DNA of 64,000 nucleotides from a virus: IMG/VR virus record IMGVR_UViG_3300045250_000069; one strand, 5' to 3'. Shown piece by piece: positions 56,959 to 64,000 of this stretch (position 1 is its first letter; each line of letters starts with the position of its first letter). The notes under the pieces were generated by a model. It saw only the letters and a program-made list of their open reading frames with translations, ran no database searches and was not told where the DNA came from. The position numbers and the translations under genes were made by a program.

Positions 56959-57092
56959 GTTTTCTCCGTCTATCGGCTTCCTGCCGCGTCCTAGTGCCGA
57001 TCTAGGCCTATTCTGGCGTGCTTGTCGGATGCTTGAAACTCCCAGCAACCATCGTCACTTACCAGTTCTTTTAGCCTCTTTGCGTAGTCTTA

Positions 57093-57110
57093 TGGCACGT
57101 AGGTGGCACG
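57093..57110 (+). repeat. Candidate satellite integrase arm sites (2 x TGGCACG)
   Basis: Direct repeats 11 bp apart before satellite int. Confidence 0.5.
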
Positions 57111-57123
57111 AAGGACGTGAACT

Positions 57124-58293
57124 ATGGCGGGTAGGACTCGCAGGAACCGCAACGGCTCGATTCGGCAGCTCGATAGTGGCGCGTGGCAGCTTCGCCTCAA
57201 AGTTCCCGGCACCCGGCCGCCGGTCTACTACCCGCATCCCGACGGCACGTTTTACACGAAGGCCGCAGCGGTGAAGGCGCTGCAGAAACACAACGAAGCC
57301 ATTGACGCCGGCACCTGGGTGCATCCTGATGCTGCACGCGAAGAGGCCGAACATGCGAAGGCCCTCGAAGCCGCCCGCGAACTCACTGTCGCCGAAGCCG
57401 GCGCGCAGTGGCTCGACGCGGCTGAGGCCGGCCGCTTCGGAGAGATGCGCCGCGCAAGCCTCATTACCTACCGTTCCCGCATCGCGCAGGTGAACGCCGA
57501 GTGGGGTGCTACTCGTGTTTTCGATGTGACCGAGCAGGATGCTCTCTCATGGTTCAGGAAAGTGGCAGCCGACTCGACACGCGCCCGCGCCCTCAACCTC
57601 GTTGACACGCTGCATCGCGTGCTGAGCTTCATTGCTGAGGAACATCCGCTGATCATTACGGCTTCGCCGGTGAAGATTCCCGAAAAGGAACGCAAGCTTG
57701 ACCGCAAGAGTGCCGGCAAACTCATTCCCGACGAAGTAGTTGCGGCGATCGCCGAGCATCTACCGAAGCCATACCAAGCCACCGTCTACGCGGCTTCATG
57801 GTTGGGTTTGCGTCTGGGGGAGGTGCTGGGGCTCCACGTCGATGCCTTCGACGATGACACGGTGCGCATATTCCGCAACGCGCAGACGAAGGGCGGCGCG
57901 CGCATCGAAGAGCCGAAGAGCAGGGCCGGAACCCGCATTCTGCCGATTCCCGAGCCCGCTCGCGAAATACTTGCAGCGCAACGCGAGGCTTCGACGTCGT
58001 GGCTATTCCCTGGGGTGCATGACCCCGACAGCCCGTTGTCGGCATCGACGTTCGGCAACTATTGGCGCGCAGCAGTCGCAGCGGCTCGAGCCGACGGGGC
58101 GAAGGTGCCCGAGGGTGCCCGATTCCATGACCTTCGTCATACGGCGCTGACCAGATTCGCGCGCGCCGGTGCAACCTCGGCTGACGTGCTCTTGTTCGGC
58201 GGCCACGATGACCCTGGCGTTACTGCGAACTATCAACACGCTGAAGTTGATCGGCTTCGAGAAATTAGCAGCCGACTCGGCAAGATTCGTTAG
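57124..58293 (+). CDS. int: Tyrosine integrase (satellite; phiRv2-like N-terminus)
   Basis: GSIRQLDSGAWQ; GLRLGE, FHDLRH, GGH, NYQH. Confidence 0.93.
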   Translation: MAGRTRRNRNGSIRQLDSGAWQLRLKVPGTRPPVYYPHPDGTFYTKAAAVKALQKHNEAIDAGTWVHPDAAREEAEHAKALEAARELTVAEAGAQWLDAAEAGRFGEMRRASLITYRSRIAQVNAEWGATRVFDVTEQDALSWFRKVAADSTRARALNLVDTLHRVLSFIAEEHPLIITASPVKIPEKERKLDRKSAGKLIPDEVVAAIAEHLPKPYQATVYAASWLGLRLGEVLGLHVDAFDDDTVRIFRNAQTKGGARIEEPKSRAGTRILPIPEPAREILAAQREASTSWLFPGVHDPDSPLSASTFGNYWRAAVAAARADGAKVPEGARFHDLRHTALTRFARAGATSADVLLFGGHDDPGVTANYQHAEVDRLREISSRLGKIR

Positions 58294-58883
58294 CGGCGTC
58301 CCGGCTTGCCAGTGAGCCCCTGGGGAATGAACCCGCGCTTGCGTGCTTCGGCAACCCATCGTTGCGCGGTGGACTTTGATGCACCGGACGCATCCATCAC
58401 TCGATCGGTAGGCGAAGGGTCTTCAGCCCAATATGCAGCCAACCAGTGCTTCGCCACTTCCTTGTAAAAGTCGTCTGTTCGCTCGAACTTGGGTAGGGGT
58501 CCCAGATTCGCGGAAAGCGCGCCACCGTAGAGCCTCAGGATTTCCTTGGCCCTTGCGCTCCAGCGTGCGCTGATTGCGCGACTGATGGACACAGCGGGGA
58601 CATTGGCGAGGGCCTGACGCTGCAACATCGACTTACTGTCTGCCGACATCACGATCGCTGTCGTTACGGCGTGACTGAAATGTTCTTCATTGACTGGCGC
58701 AATTCGGATGATTGCCCTCGTGCCGTCGTCGTGGCGTATCTCGTACCATTCGACCATCTGGATGCGGTCTACAGCGAAGTCTTCTAGGTGACCGACAGTC
58801 TCCAGCTCCCGCGCTTCACTCTCATCGCCGCTCAGTTGTCGGACGATTTCCCATCCTTCGGGTAGGTCTTCGGGCTTTAGCAC
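58290..58883 (-). CDS. Satellite regulator with C-terminal HTH
   Basis: VMDASGASKSTAQRWVAEARKRG; divergent from AlpA; TAGGCT -10 six nt before GTG. Confidence 0.65.
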   Translation of the reverse strand: MLKPEDLPEGWEIVRQLSGDESEARELETVGHLEDFAVDRIQMVEWYEIRHDDGTRAIIRIAPVNEEHFSHAVTTAIVMSADSKSMLQRQALANVPAVSISRAISARWSARAKEILRLYGGALSANLGPLPKFERTDDFYKEVAKHWLAAYWAEDPSPTDRVMDASGASKSTAQRWVAEARKRGFIPQGLTGKPGRR

Positions 58884-58888
58884 GTCAT

Positions 58889-58954
58889 CAGCCTACGTGA
58901 TGGGGATTGCTTCGAAATCATCTGACGACACGCAGCCTTACGTGATGGGGATTG
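58889..58954. repeat. Two near-identical 21/22-bp direct repeats in divergent intergenic region
   Basis: CAGCCT(T)ACGTGATGGGGATTG at 58889 and 58933. Confidence 0.75.
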
Positions 58955-59039
58955 ATTCGCCGCCATAACCTGCTATCTTGAACACGTGGCGAGGAAATAA
59001 ACACCGCCACGAGGTTCCACGACACACAGAGAGATAGCC

Positions 59040-59270
59040 ATGACCAGCCAGCCCACTGCTGTAATCCAGCGCGGTGGCTTCAAGGTGCGCGAGGTCGCCC
59101 GCACCCTCGGAGTCACTGACAACACCATCTACGGACTCATCTACGACGGCACTATCTCGCCGCTTCGTATCGGCCGAAGTGTGCGCATTCCGCGCAGCGA
59201 ACTCGACCGCCTCGGCTACCCGATTCCCACGCTCGAGGCTCCCGGCACGTCGGAGCGCGACGCCGCCTAA
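59040..59270 (+). CDS. AlpA/excisionase-like HTH
   Basis: FKVREVARTLGVTDNTIYGLI...RIGRSVRIPRSEL. Confidence 0.85.
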   Translation: MTSQPTAVIQRGGFKVREVARTLGVTDNTIYGLIYDGTISPLRIGRSVRIPRSELDRLGYPIPTLEAPGTSERDAA

Positions 59271-59338
59271 CCAAAAAAGTGCCCCCGGACTGTGACCAGC
59301 AGCCGAGGGCAACCCGGTTCACCAAGGAAGGAATCACC

Positions 59339-59872
59339 ATGAACCAGACACCCAACATCATCCCAGACCCCACCATCAGCGCAAAGTCATTCGGTGACGC
59401 GTTCATGGAGGTCTCGAGCCGGATCGACGCGCTCGGCCTGGACATGCAGAAGTTTGTTGTCGGTGATATCGCCCGGATCACTCGCGTGATGTTCACCGAC
59501 ACCGGCGACGGGCTCTCGTGCGATCAAAACGATCTCGACGAAGCGATCCGCTCCATCATCCGCGAGATCGACACGATGCCCGGCTGCGACTCGCAAGGGG
59601 AGCTCGTGCCGAGCGAGGGGCACTATCACTCGCATGCAGGCGACACGTTCGGTCGGTTCACCGCCCAAGTCATTCACGACGGCGAGAAGTGGATGGTCGA
59701 CCTCTGCCACGAAGCTACTGGTGACGAACTCGGCGCCGACGAAATCCTCGACTATGCGGACGCGTTGCGCGCCGCGGCGGGTGACGCTGCTGTCCTGAAC
59801 GATCCGACCCTGCTGCGCCGGCCTACCGACTATTGTGCCGAGCCGCACCACGACGGAAACGGTGGGCTCTAG
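59339..59872 (+). CDS. Hypothetical protein
   Basis: AAGGAAGGA RBS; 177 aa. Confidence 0.7.
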   Translation: MNQTPNIIPDPTISAKSFGDAFMEVSSRIDALGLDMQKFVVGDIARITRVMFTDTGDGLSCDQNDLDEAIRSIIREIDTMPGCDSQGELVPSEGHYHSHAGDTFGRFTAQVIHDGEKWMVDLCHEATGDELGADEILDYADALRAAAGDAAVLNDPTLLRRPTDYCAEPHHDGNGGL

Positions 59873-60415
59873 ATGTTGCTCATCGACCTTATGGAGGCGA
59901 AGCACGGCTACGGACGGTGGCCCGGCTCGCACGACTGGCCAGCAGAACTGTTCGACCTCGTTTACGAGGGCAAGCTCGACAACCCTGCCGACCTCGCGGA
60001 GTGTGTCGCAGACGCATGGTCAGGCGCCAAGATCCCGTTCCGGGCGCTCGGATATGACACGTGGATCGAGTTCTTCCGGCGCGCCGGCTACTCGGATGAC
60101 GGCAAGCTCGCGGCCCCGCTCGCGGAGCCGATCACGGTCTATCGGGCAGCGGAACCGCAGTTCGTTCATCGTCTCGCATGGACCGGCACCCTCGACGTTG
60201 CTAAGCGGTTCACCGAGATCAACACGCGGTACGGCAAGCGACCTCGACACATCTACGAGTTGACCGTGACTCCGGACCGCGTACTCGCACACATCACCGA
60301 CCGGCAGGAAGACGAGTTCATTGTCGACTCTCGAGGTCTTCGTGCGAAGCGGATCTTGCATGCCGACGAGGTCGCGCTCGAGGCATCCGGCGTTGCGACG
60401 AAGGAGGTCGCATAG
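59873..60415 (+). CDS. Putative ADP-ribosyltransferase-fold protein
   Basis: ITVYRA...LAWTGTLDVAKRF...IYELTV...RQEDEFIV. Confidence 0.6.
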   Translation: MLLIDLMEAKHGYGRWPGSHDWPAELFDLVYEGKLDNPADLAECVADAWSGAKIPFRALGYDTWIEFFRRAGYSDDGKLAAPLAEPITVYRAAEPQFVHRLAWTGTLDVAKRFTEINTRYGKRPRHIYELTVTPDRVLAHITDRQEDEFIVDSRGLRAKRILHADEVALEASGVATKEVA

Positions 60416-60417
60416 TC

Positions 60418-60768
60418 ATGCTTCCGCAGCAGCGCTTCGGGCACACGATCGAGCACCACCTCGAGAAGGTGCTCGAAGCGCTCGCAGATGGATCTCTCGA
60501 GCTCTGGCAGTTGTCCCCATCATTGGCGGGAATGTACGAGCTCGGATACGACCACGGCCGGGAGTCACTGCGGCCGGCACTCGAGGATGCGCAGCACGAG
60601 GCTGCGATCGCGTACGAGCGTCTGCACAATCCCGGTCGCCACTTCACCGAAATGTATGCACGGAGAGTCGAGCAGGCAGCCGAGCTGCACGCCGATGTGG
60701 AAGGTGCAGCCCAGTACTACGAAGCCGTCCTCGCGACGGCGACAACACCCCGAAGGGTAGCCGCCTAA
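60418..60768 (+). CDS. Hypothetical helical protein
   Basis: In-operon ORF. Confidence 0.6.
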   Translation: MLPQQRFGHTIEHHLEKVLEALADGSLELWQLSPSLAGMYELGYDHGRESLRPALEDAQHEAAIAYERLHNPGRHFTEMYARRVEQAAELHADVEGAAQYYEAVLATATTPRRVAA

Positions 60769-60770
60769 CT

Positions 60771-61910
60771 ATGACTCAACCCACCACCAAGCCGCCTCGC
60801 GTCGGCTACACCCCGAAGCTCTACGCCGACGTCGCCGAGCTGATTAAGAACGGCCCGATCGCGCCGCCGACTCCGACGATCCTGACCTGTAGCGACCGCA
60901 TCGGCTTGTTCTACGAGAGTGCCGTGAACTCCGTGTTCGGCGATCCCGAGTCGGGCAAGACCTGGATCGCGCTCGTCGGCATCGCTGAGCAGCTACTCGC
61001 GAGACAGCCCGCAATGTTCATCGATCTTGACCACAACGGCGCCGCCGCGATCGTGTCGAGGCTGTATGCGCTCGGAGTACCGAAAGACGTGCTGTCCGAC
61101 CCGGAACTGTTCCGATACACCGAACCGGAAGACGGCGCCGCCCTCGTGCAGCTCATCGAGGATGCCCGACAGTGGCGCCCCTCGCTCGTCGTGATCGACT
61201 CCGTTGGCGAACTGTTGCCGGTCTACGGTGCCTCGTCCAATTCCGCCGATGACTACACGCGCGTGCATGGCCTCGCGATCAAGCCGTTCGCGCAGCTGGG
61301 CGCGGCCGTCGTGCTCGTCGACCACGAGGCGAAGAATGCGAGCTCTCGTGAGTACGGCGCCGGCGGCACTATGGCGAAGAAGCGCACCATCGACGGCAGC
61401 TACCTCCGTTGTCGGGTGGTGGATGCGTTCGCTCCAGGTCGAGGCGGTCAGGCGGAACTCACGATCGCGAAAGATCGTCACGGCGGTCTTCGAGCTGCAC
61501 GCGACGGCGGCGACCGTGAGCCCCTCGCGGCGAAGTTCCAAATGACGGTACCGGCCGGGTTCCCGGACTCGCTCAAGTGGCGGCTCGAGGCGCCCGCGCC
61601 AGGAGAGCGAGCGAAGGCGACGCAGCGTGCGAACGATGACCGGCTTGCTCGGATCGTCTCGGAGATTGAGCAGCTCGACCCACCCGCGCGCAGCGGGAAC
61701 GATGCCGCGAATCGTATCGGCGGTCGGCGGCAAGACGTTCTTGAGGCCTACAAGCTCATCGGTACCGGGAACGTTCCGGGAACCACCGGAACTAGTGGTT
61801 CCCGGTTCCGTACCCCTATGTCGGGAACCGGGAACCACCCCGCCGGAACTGATCGGAACAACGTCACACCACTTCACCAGCCCGAGTTCACCACCCCCGA
61901 AGGAGCCTAA
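60771..61910 (+). CDS. RepA/AAA_25-type (SF4-like) helicase
   Basis: GDPESGKT Walker A, VVIDS Walker B, VDHEAK, AKDRHG. Confidence 0.85.
   Translation: MTQPTTKPPRVGYTPKLYADVAELIKNGPIAPPTPTILTCSDRIGLFYESAVNSVFGDPESGKTWIALVGIAEQLLARQPAMFIDLDHNGAAAIVSRLYALGVPKDVLSDPELFRYTEPEDGAALVQLIEDARQWRPSLVVIDSVGELLPVYGASSNSADDYTRVHGLAIKPFAQLGAAVVLVDHEAKNASSREYGAGGTMAKKRTIDGSYLRCRVVDAFAPGRGGQAELTIAKDRHGGLRAARDGGDREPLAAKFQMTVPAGFPDSLKWRLEAPAPGERAKATQRANDDRLARIVSEIEQLDPPARSGNDAANRIGGRRQDVLEAYKLIGTGNVPGTTGTSGSRFRTPMSGTGNHPAGTDRNNVTPLHQPEFTTPEGA
61768..61859. repeat. Candidate satellite origin: ten GGAAC/GTTCC pentamers
   Basis: 7 forward and 3 reverse copies in 92 bp at the helicase 3' end. Confidence 0.7.
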
Positions 61911-61912
61911 AA

Positions 61913-62158
61913 ATGCCTCACAACGAGTTCCTCGAGACAATCGCCGAGGTCTACATGCGTGGCGGATACTTCGCCATTAGCGACGAGGGTGTCCCTCTCG
62001 TCATCCATGGGCCCCACGGCCTGCCAGCGTCGCTCACAACGGCCTGCATGCCCTATCGCGACCAGATCCGCGCGCTCGTCATCGAGGGCGCCAGGAACGC
62101 GCTCGACGGCTTCCTGCCGACGCTTGACGGGCTCGACCGAACCGAGGTGCAGGCGTGA
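61913..62158 (+). CDS. Small hypothetical protein
   Basis: AAGGAG RBS. Confidence 0.6.
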   Translation: MPHNEFLETIAEVYMRGGYFAISDEGVPLVIHGPHGLPASLTTACMPYRDQIRALVIEGARNALDGFLPTLDGLDRTEVQA

Positions 62159-62439
62159 CGTCCGACACCTACCGCGGTTTACGGCAGCCAGCCCCGGCCG
62201 AGTTCCAAGAGCTGCACGAGGCTATGCAGGTCGTCGCCCCGGCCTGTCTCGGCGACACCCGGTTTACGTCCGACAACGCGCCGACCACCGAGCTCGCGCT
62301 CATCTGCGACGTATGCCCCCTCGAGCCGTTCTGCGACGCCTACGCGCGCGCCGCACGCCCAAGTGCAGGTGTATGGGCCGGACGCCGCTACGGCAGCCAC
62401 ACCGGCCGAGCAGGACGCCCCAGGAAGGACGCCGCCTAA
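62155..62439 (+). CDS. whiB: WhiB-family Fe-S regulator with C-terminal AT-hook
   Basis: C...CxxCPxxxxC, GVWAG, GRPRK. Confidence 0.8.
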   Translation: MTSDTYRGLRQPAPAEFQELHEAMQVVAPACLGDTRFTSDNAPTTELALICDVCPLEPFCDAYARAARPSAGVWAGRRYGSHTGRAGRPRKDAA

Positions 62440-62720
62440 TGGTCGATCGCATCATCGCGCAAGCCGATGTTTGGCTCACGAAGCGCGCCACGCATCCCGT
62501 CATCCGCCTGTACCGCGTCAAACCGAACGGCAACCACGCCTTCCTCGCACCCCTCGACTACTCGACCGCGCGAGCCCTCGTAGATCAGATTCACGACCTC
62601 GTTGACGAGTACGAGCAGCACGCCCCGCCCGAGACTCCACCGGCCCGCATCCTCACCTTTGAACCACCGCCGGAGGTCGGCAACCTCCACCACAACCCAC
62701 ACGAAGGGAACCAACCATGA
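62439..62720 (+). CDS. Hypothetical protein
   Basis: TAATG coupling. Confidence 0.55.
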   Translation: MVDRIIAQADVWLTKRATHPVIRLYRVKPNGNHAFLAPLDYSTARALVDQIHDLVDEYEQHAPPETPPARILTFEPPPEVGNLHHNPHEGNQP

Positions 62721-63436
62721 CCGCAACCACGACCAAGCTCAACACTCACGTCATGACACTCCACGCGCATGAAGTCGTGACGTTCTTCGAGAAGTACAAC
62801 CTCCCCATTCCCGAAAAAATCACGAACGCAATCGAACGCGCCGGAAAGGTACACGAGCGATGGAGCGCCCTCCGCGGTGACGTGACACGCCTCAAAGCCA
62901 CTGATTGGCTCGCCGACGACTACCAAGACCGCCTCGAGAAACTCGTTATCGCGGAAGCCGTCAGCAAGCACGTCACCCACGGCTACGGCCCCATGATCGA
63001 CGCCCTTAAACGCAGCACGACGACTGCAGTGCGTGACACGGCCGACGAACTCATTAACTCGCTCACCGAGTTCTATCTCGCCAACGAAGACTTCTTCATG
63101 GCGCAACCCGGCCCGCATCCGTTCAACACCATCCGCGCCGACTTCGTTCGCGTGCATGACCGCATCATGTCCACCAATGGCACCTACCCCCACGAGCTCC
63201 ACGGACGGGAATGGGAAGACCACGTTCGCTTCGTATGGACCCCCGAACAGGTCACAGAACTGAGCTGGGCACGCCCCGCTGGCAGCCTCAAGATCAAAGA
63301 CAACTTGAGCATCGACGCCTACGCAAAAAAGGTTGGCGCCCAATTCCAGCTCGCGAAGAGCTACACCGAAGTCAACCAGCGCATCACCCTCGCCACCGCC
63401 CACCGCAAGGGCCTCCCTGGCGAACGCCGCAACTAA
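62717..63436 (+). CDS. Hypothetical 239-aa protein
   Basis: GAAGGGA RBS, ATGA overlap. Confidence 0.7.
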   Translation: MTATTTKLNTHVMTLHAHEVVTFFEKYNLPIPEKITNAIERAGKVHERWSALRGDVTRLKATDWLADDYQDRLEKLVIAEAVSKHVTHGYGPMIDALKRSTTTAVRDTADELINSLTEFYLANEDFFMAQPGPHPFNTIRADFVRVHDRIMSTNGTYPHELHGREWEDHVRFVWTPEQVTELSWARPAGSLKIKDNLSIDAYAKKVGAQFQLAKSYTEVNQRITLATAHRKGLPGERRN

Positions 63437-63544
63437 CCACCACGGGCCGCGACGCCGCTGCAACGAACATTTGCAGCGGCGTCGCACCGGCGACCACGAA
63501 GGCATCCCGATGGTGAACCGCACCGCCGAACACAAGAGGGGCAC

Positions 63545-63620
63545 GACCCCCTCCCCCCGGCCGTCAGGCCATCCCTCCGGCATAGGGCCTATATCTCCCC
63601 GGCGCGTAAGCAATGGGCCC
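63545..63620. other. Putative satellite cos region
   Basis: GACCCCCTCCCCCC...CCCTCCGGCATAGGG...TCTCCCC; composition flip; precedes terS. Confidence 0.55.
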
Positions 63621-63801
63621 TTGGTGGGGGTTTTCCGGTGCGTAGCGGCCTGTGGTGGCGCCTGTATCGGCCTATCTCGTGCGGGTGCTCTGCGGGTAAG
63701 GGTGGCGTTTTTCGTGGCGTTACGAAGAAGTCGAGTTTCGACGTTATTGGCAGTTCTGCGTAAGTACGCGGGCTAAGTGTTACATGAGGAAAGGGGCACT
63801 T

Positions 63802-64000
63802 GTGAGTGCTGAGTATCGGGTGCCGGCGAAGCTGCAGCCGGCCGGTAAGAAGTTGTGGAATGCGGTGACGAGTGAGTTTGAGCTTGCTGAGCATGAGCTT
63901 GCGCAGCTTGAGGAAGCGTGCCGGGTGCGGGACACGATCGGGGTGCTTCGACAGCAGGTTGAGGATGACGGCACGATGATTCCTTCGTCGCAGGGTTCGC
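63802..64000 (+). CDS. terS: P27-family terminase small subunit (truncated by window end)
   Basis: GAGGAAAGGGG RBS; GKKLWNAVTSEFEL...LEEACRVRD...DDGTMIPSSQG. Confidence 0.8.
   Translation, partial: MSAEYRVPAKLQPAGKKLWNAVTSEFELAEHELAQLEEACRVRDTIGVLRQQVEDDGTMIPSSQGS

Larger units (their letters stand above)
56959..64000. mobile_element. Phage satellite (PICI/phiRv2-like), runs off the window
   Basis: Second tyrosine integrase next to att core, AlpA-like HTH, AAA helicase, cos-like region, TerS; no tail genes visible. Confidence 0.8.

Noticed and set aside
57023-57040. Second PafBC motif upstream of satellite int
   Set aside because: TGTCGG is followed by CT rather than TA after 10 nt
63589-63974. 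Listed ORFs 63589-63894(-) and 63780-63974(-)
   Set aside because: Antisense to the unlisted open plus-strand TerS frame starting at 63802, which has an RBS and family motifs

Overview
High-GC actinobacterial DNA (probably Micrococcales; inference from gene content and leaderless promoters), made up entirely of mobile elements stacked at one tRNA attachment site. (1) Positions 1-16732 are the right part (capsid, tail, lysis, accessory genes) of a temperate HK97-type siphovirus prophage. (2) Positions 16733-56958 are a complete second copy of the same prophage, unit length 40,226 bp. Positions 1-16732 recur at 40227-56958 with identical ORF translations, and the junction at 16704-16732 is an intact attP. 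(3) From 56959 to the window end lies a PICI/phiRv2-like phage satellite: integrase, regulator, AlpA, ADP-ribosyltransferase-fold protein, AAA helicase, WhiB with AT-hook, cos-like region and P27-type TerS. It sits behind the same tRNA-3'-end core. The most unusual observations are a PafBC-type DNA-damage promoter driving an orphan prophage gene, two paralogous tail proteins with variant CE4 deacetylase domains, a P-loop kinase-like domain fused to the prohead protease, a phased DnaA-box-like cluster before the replication genes, an rrn-type boxA in a structured early leader, and a structured late-leader RNA containing a D-loop-reduced tRNA-Trp-like element. All calls come from reading the sequence; no database searches were run.
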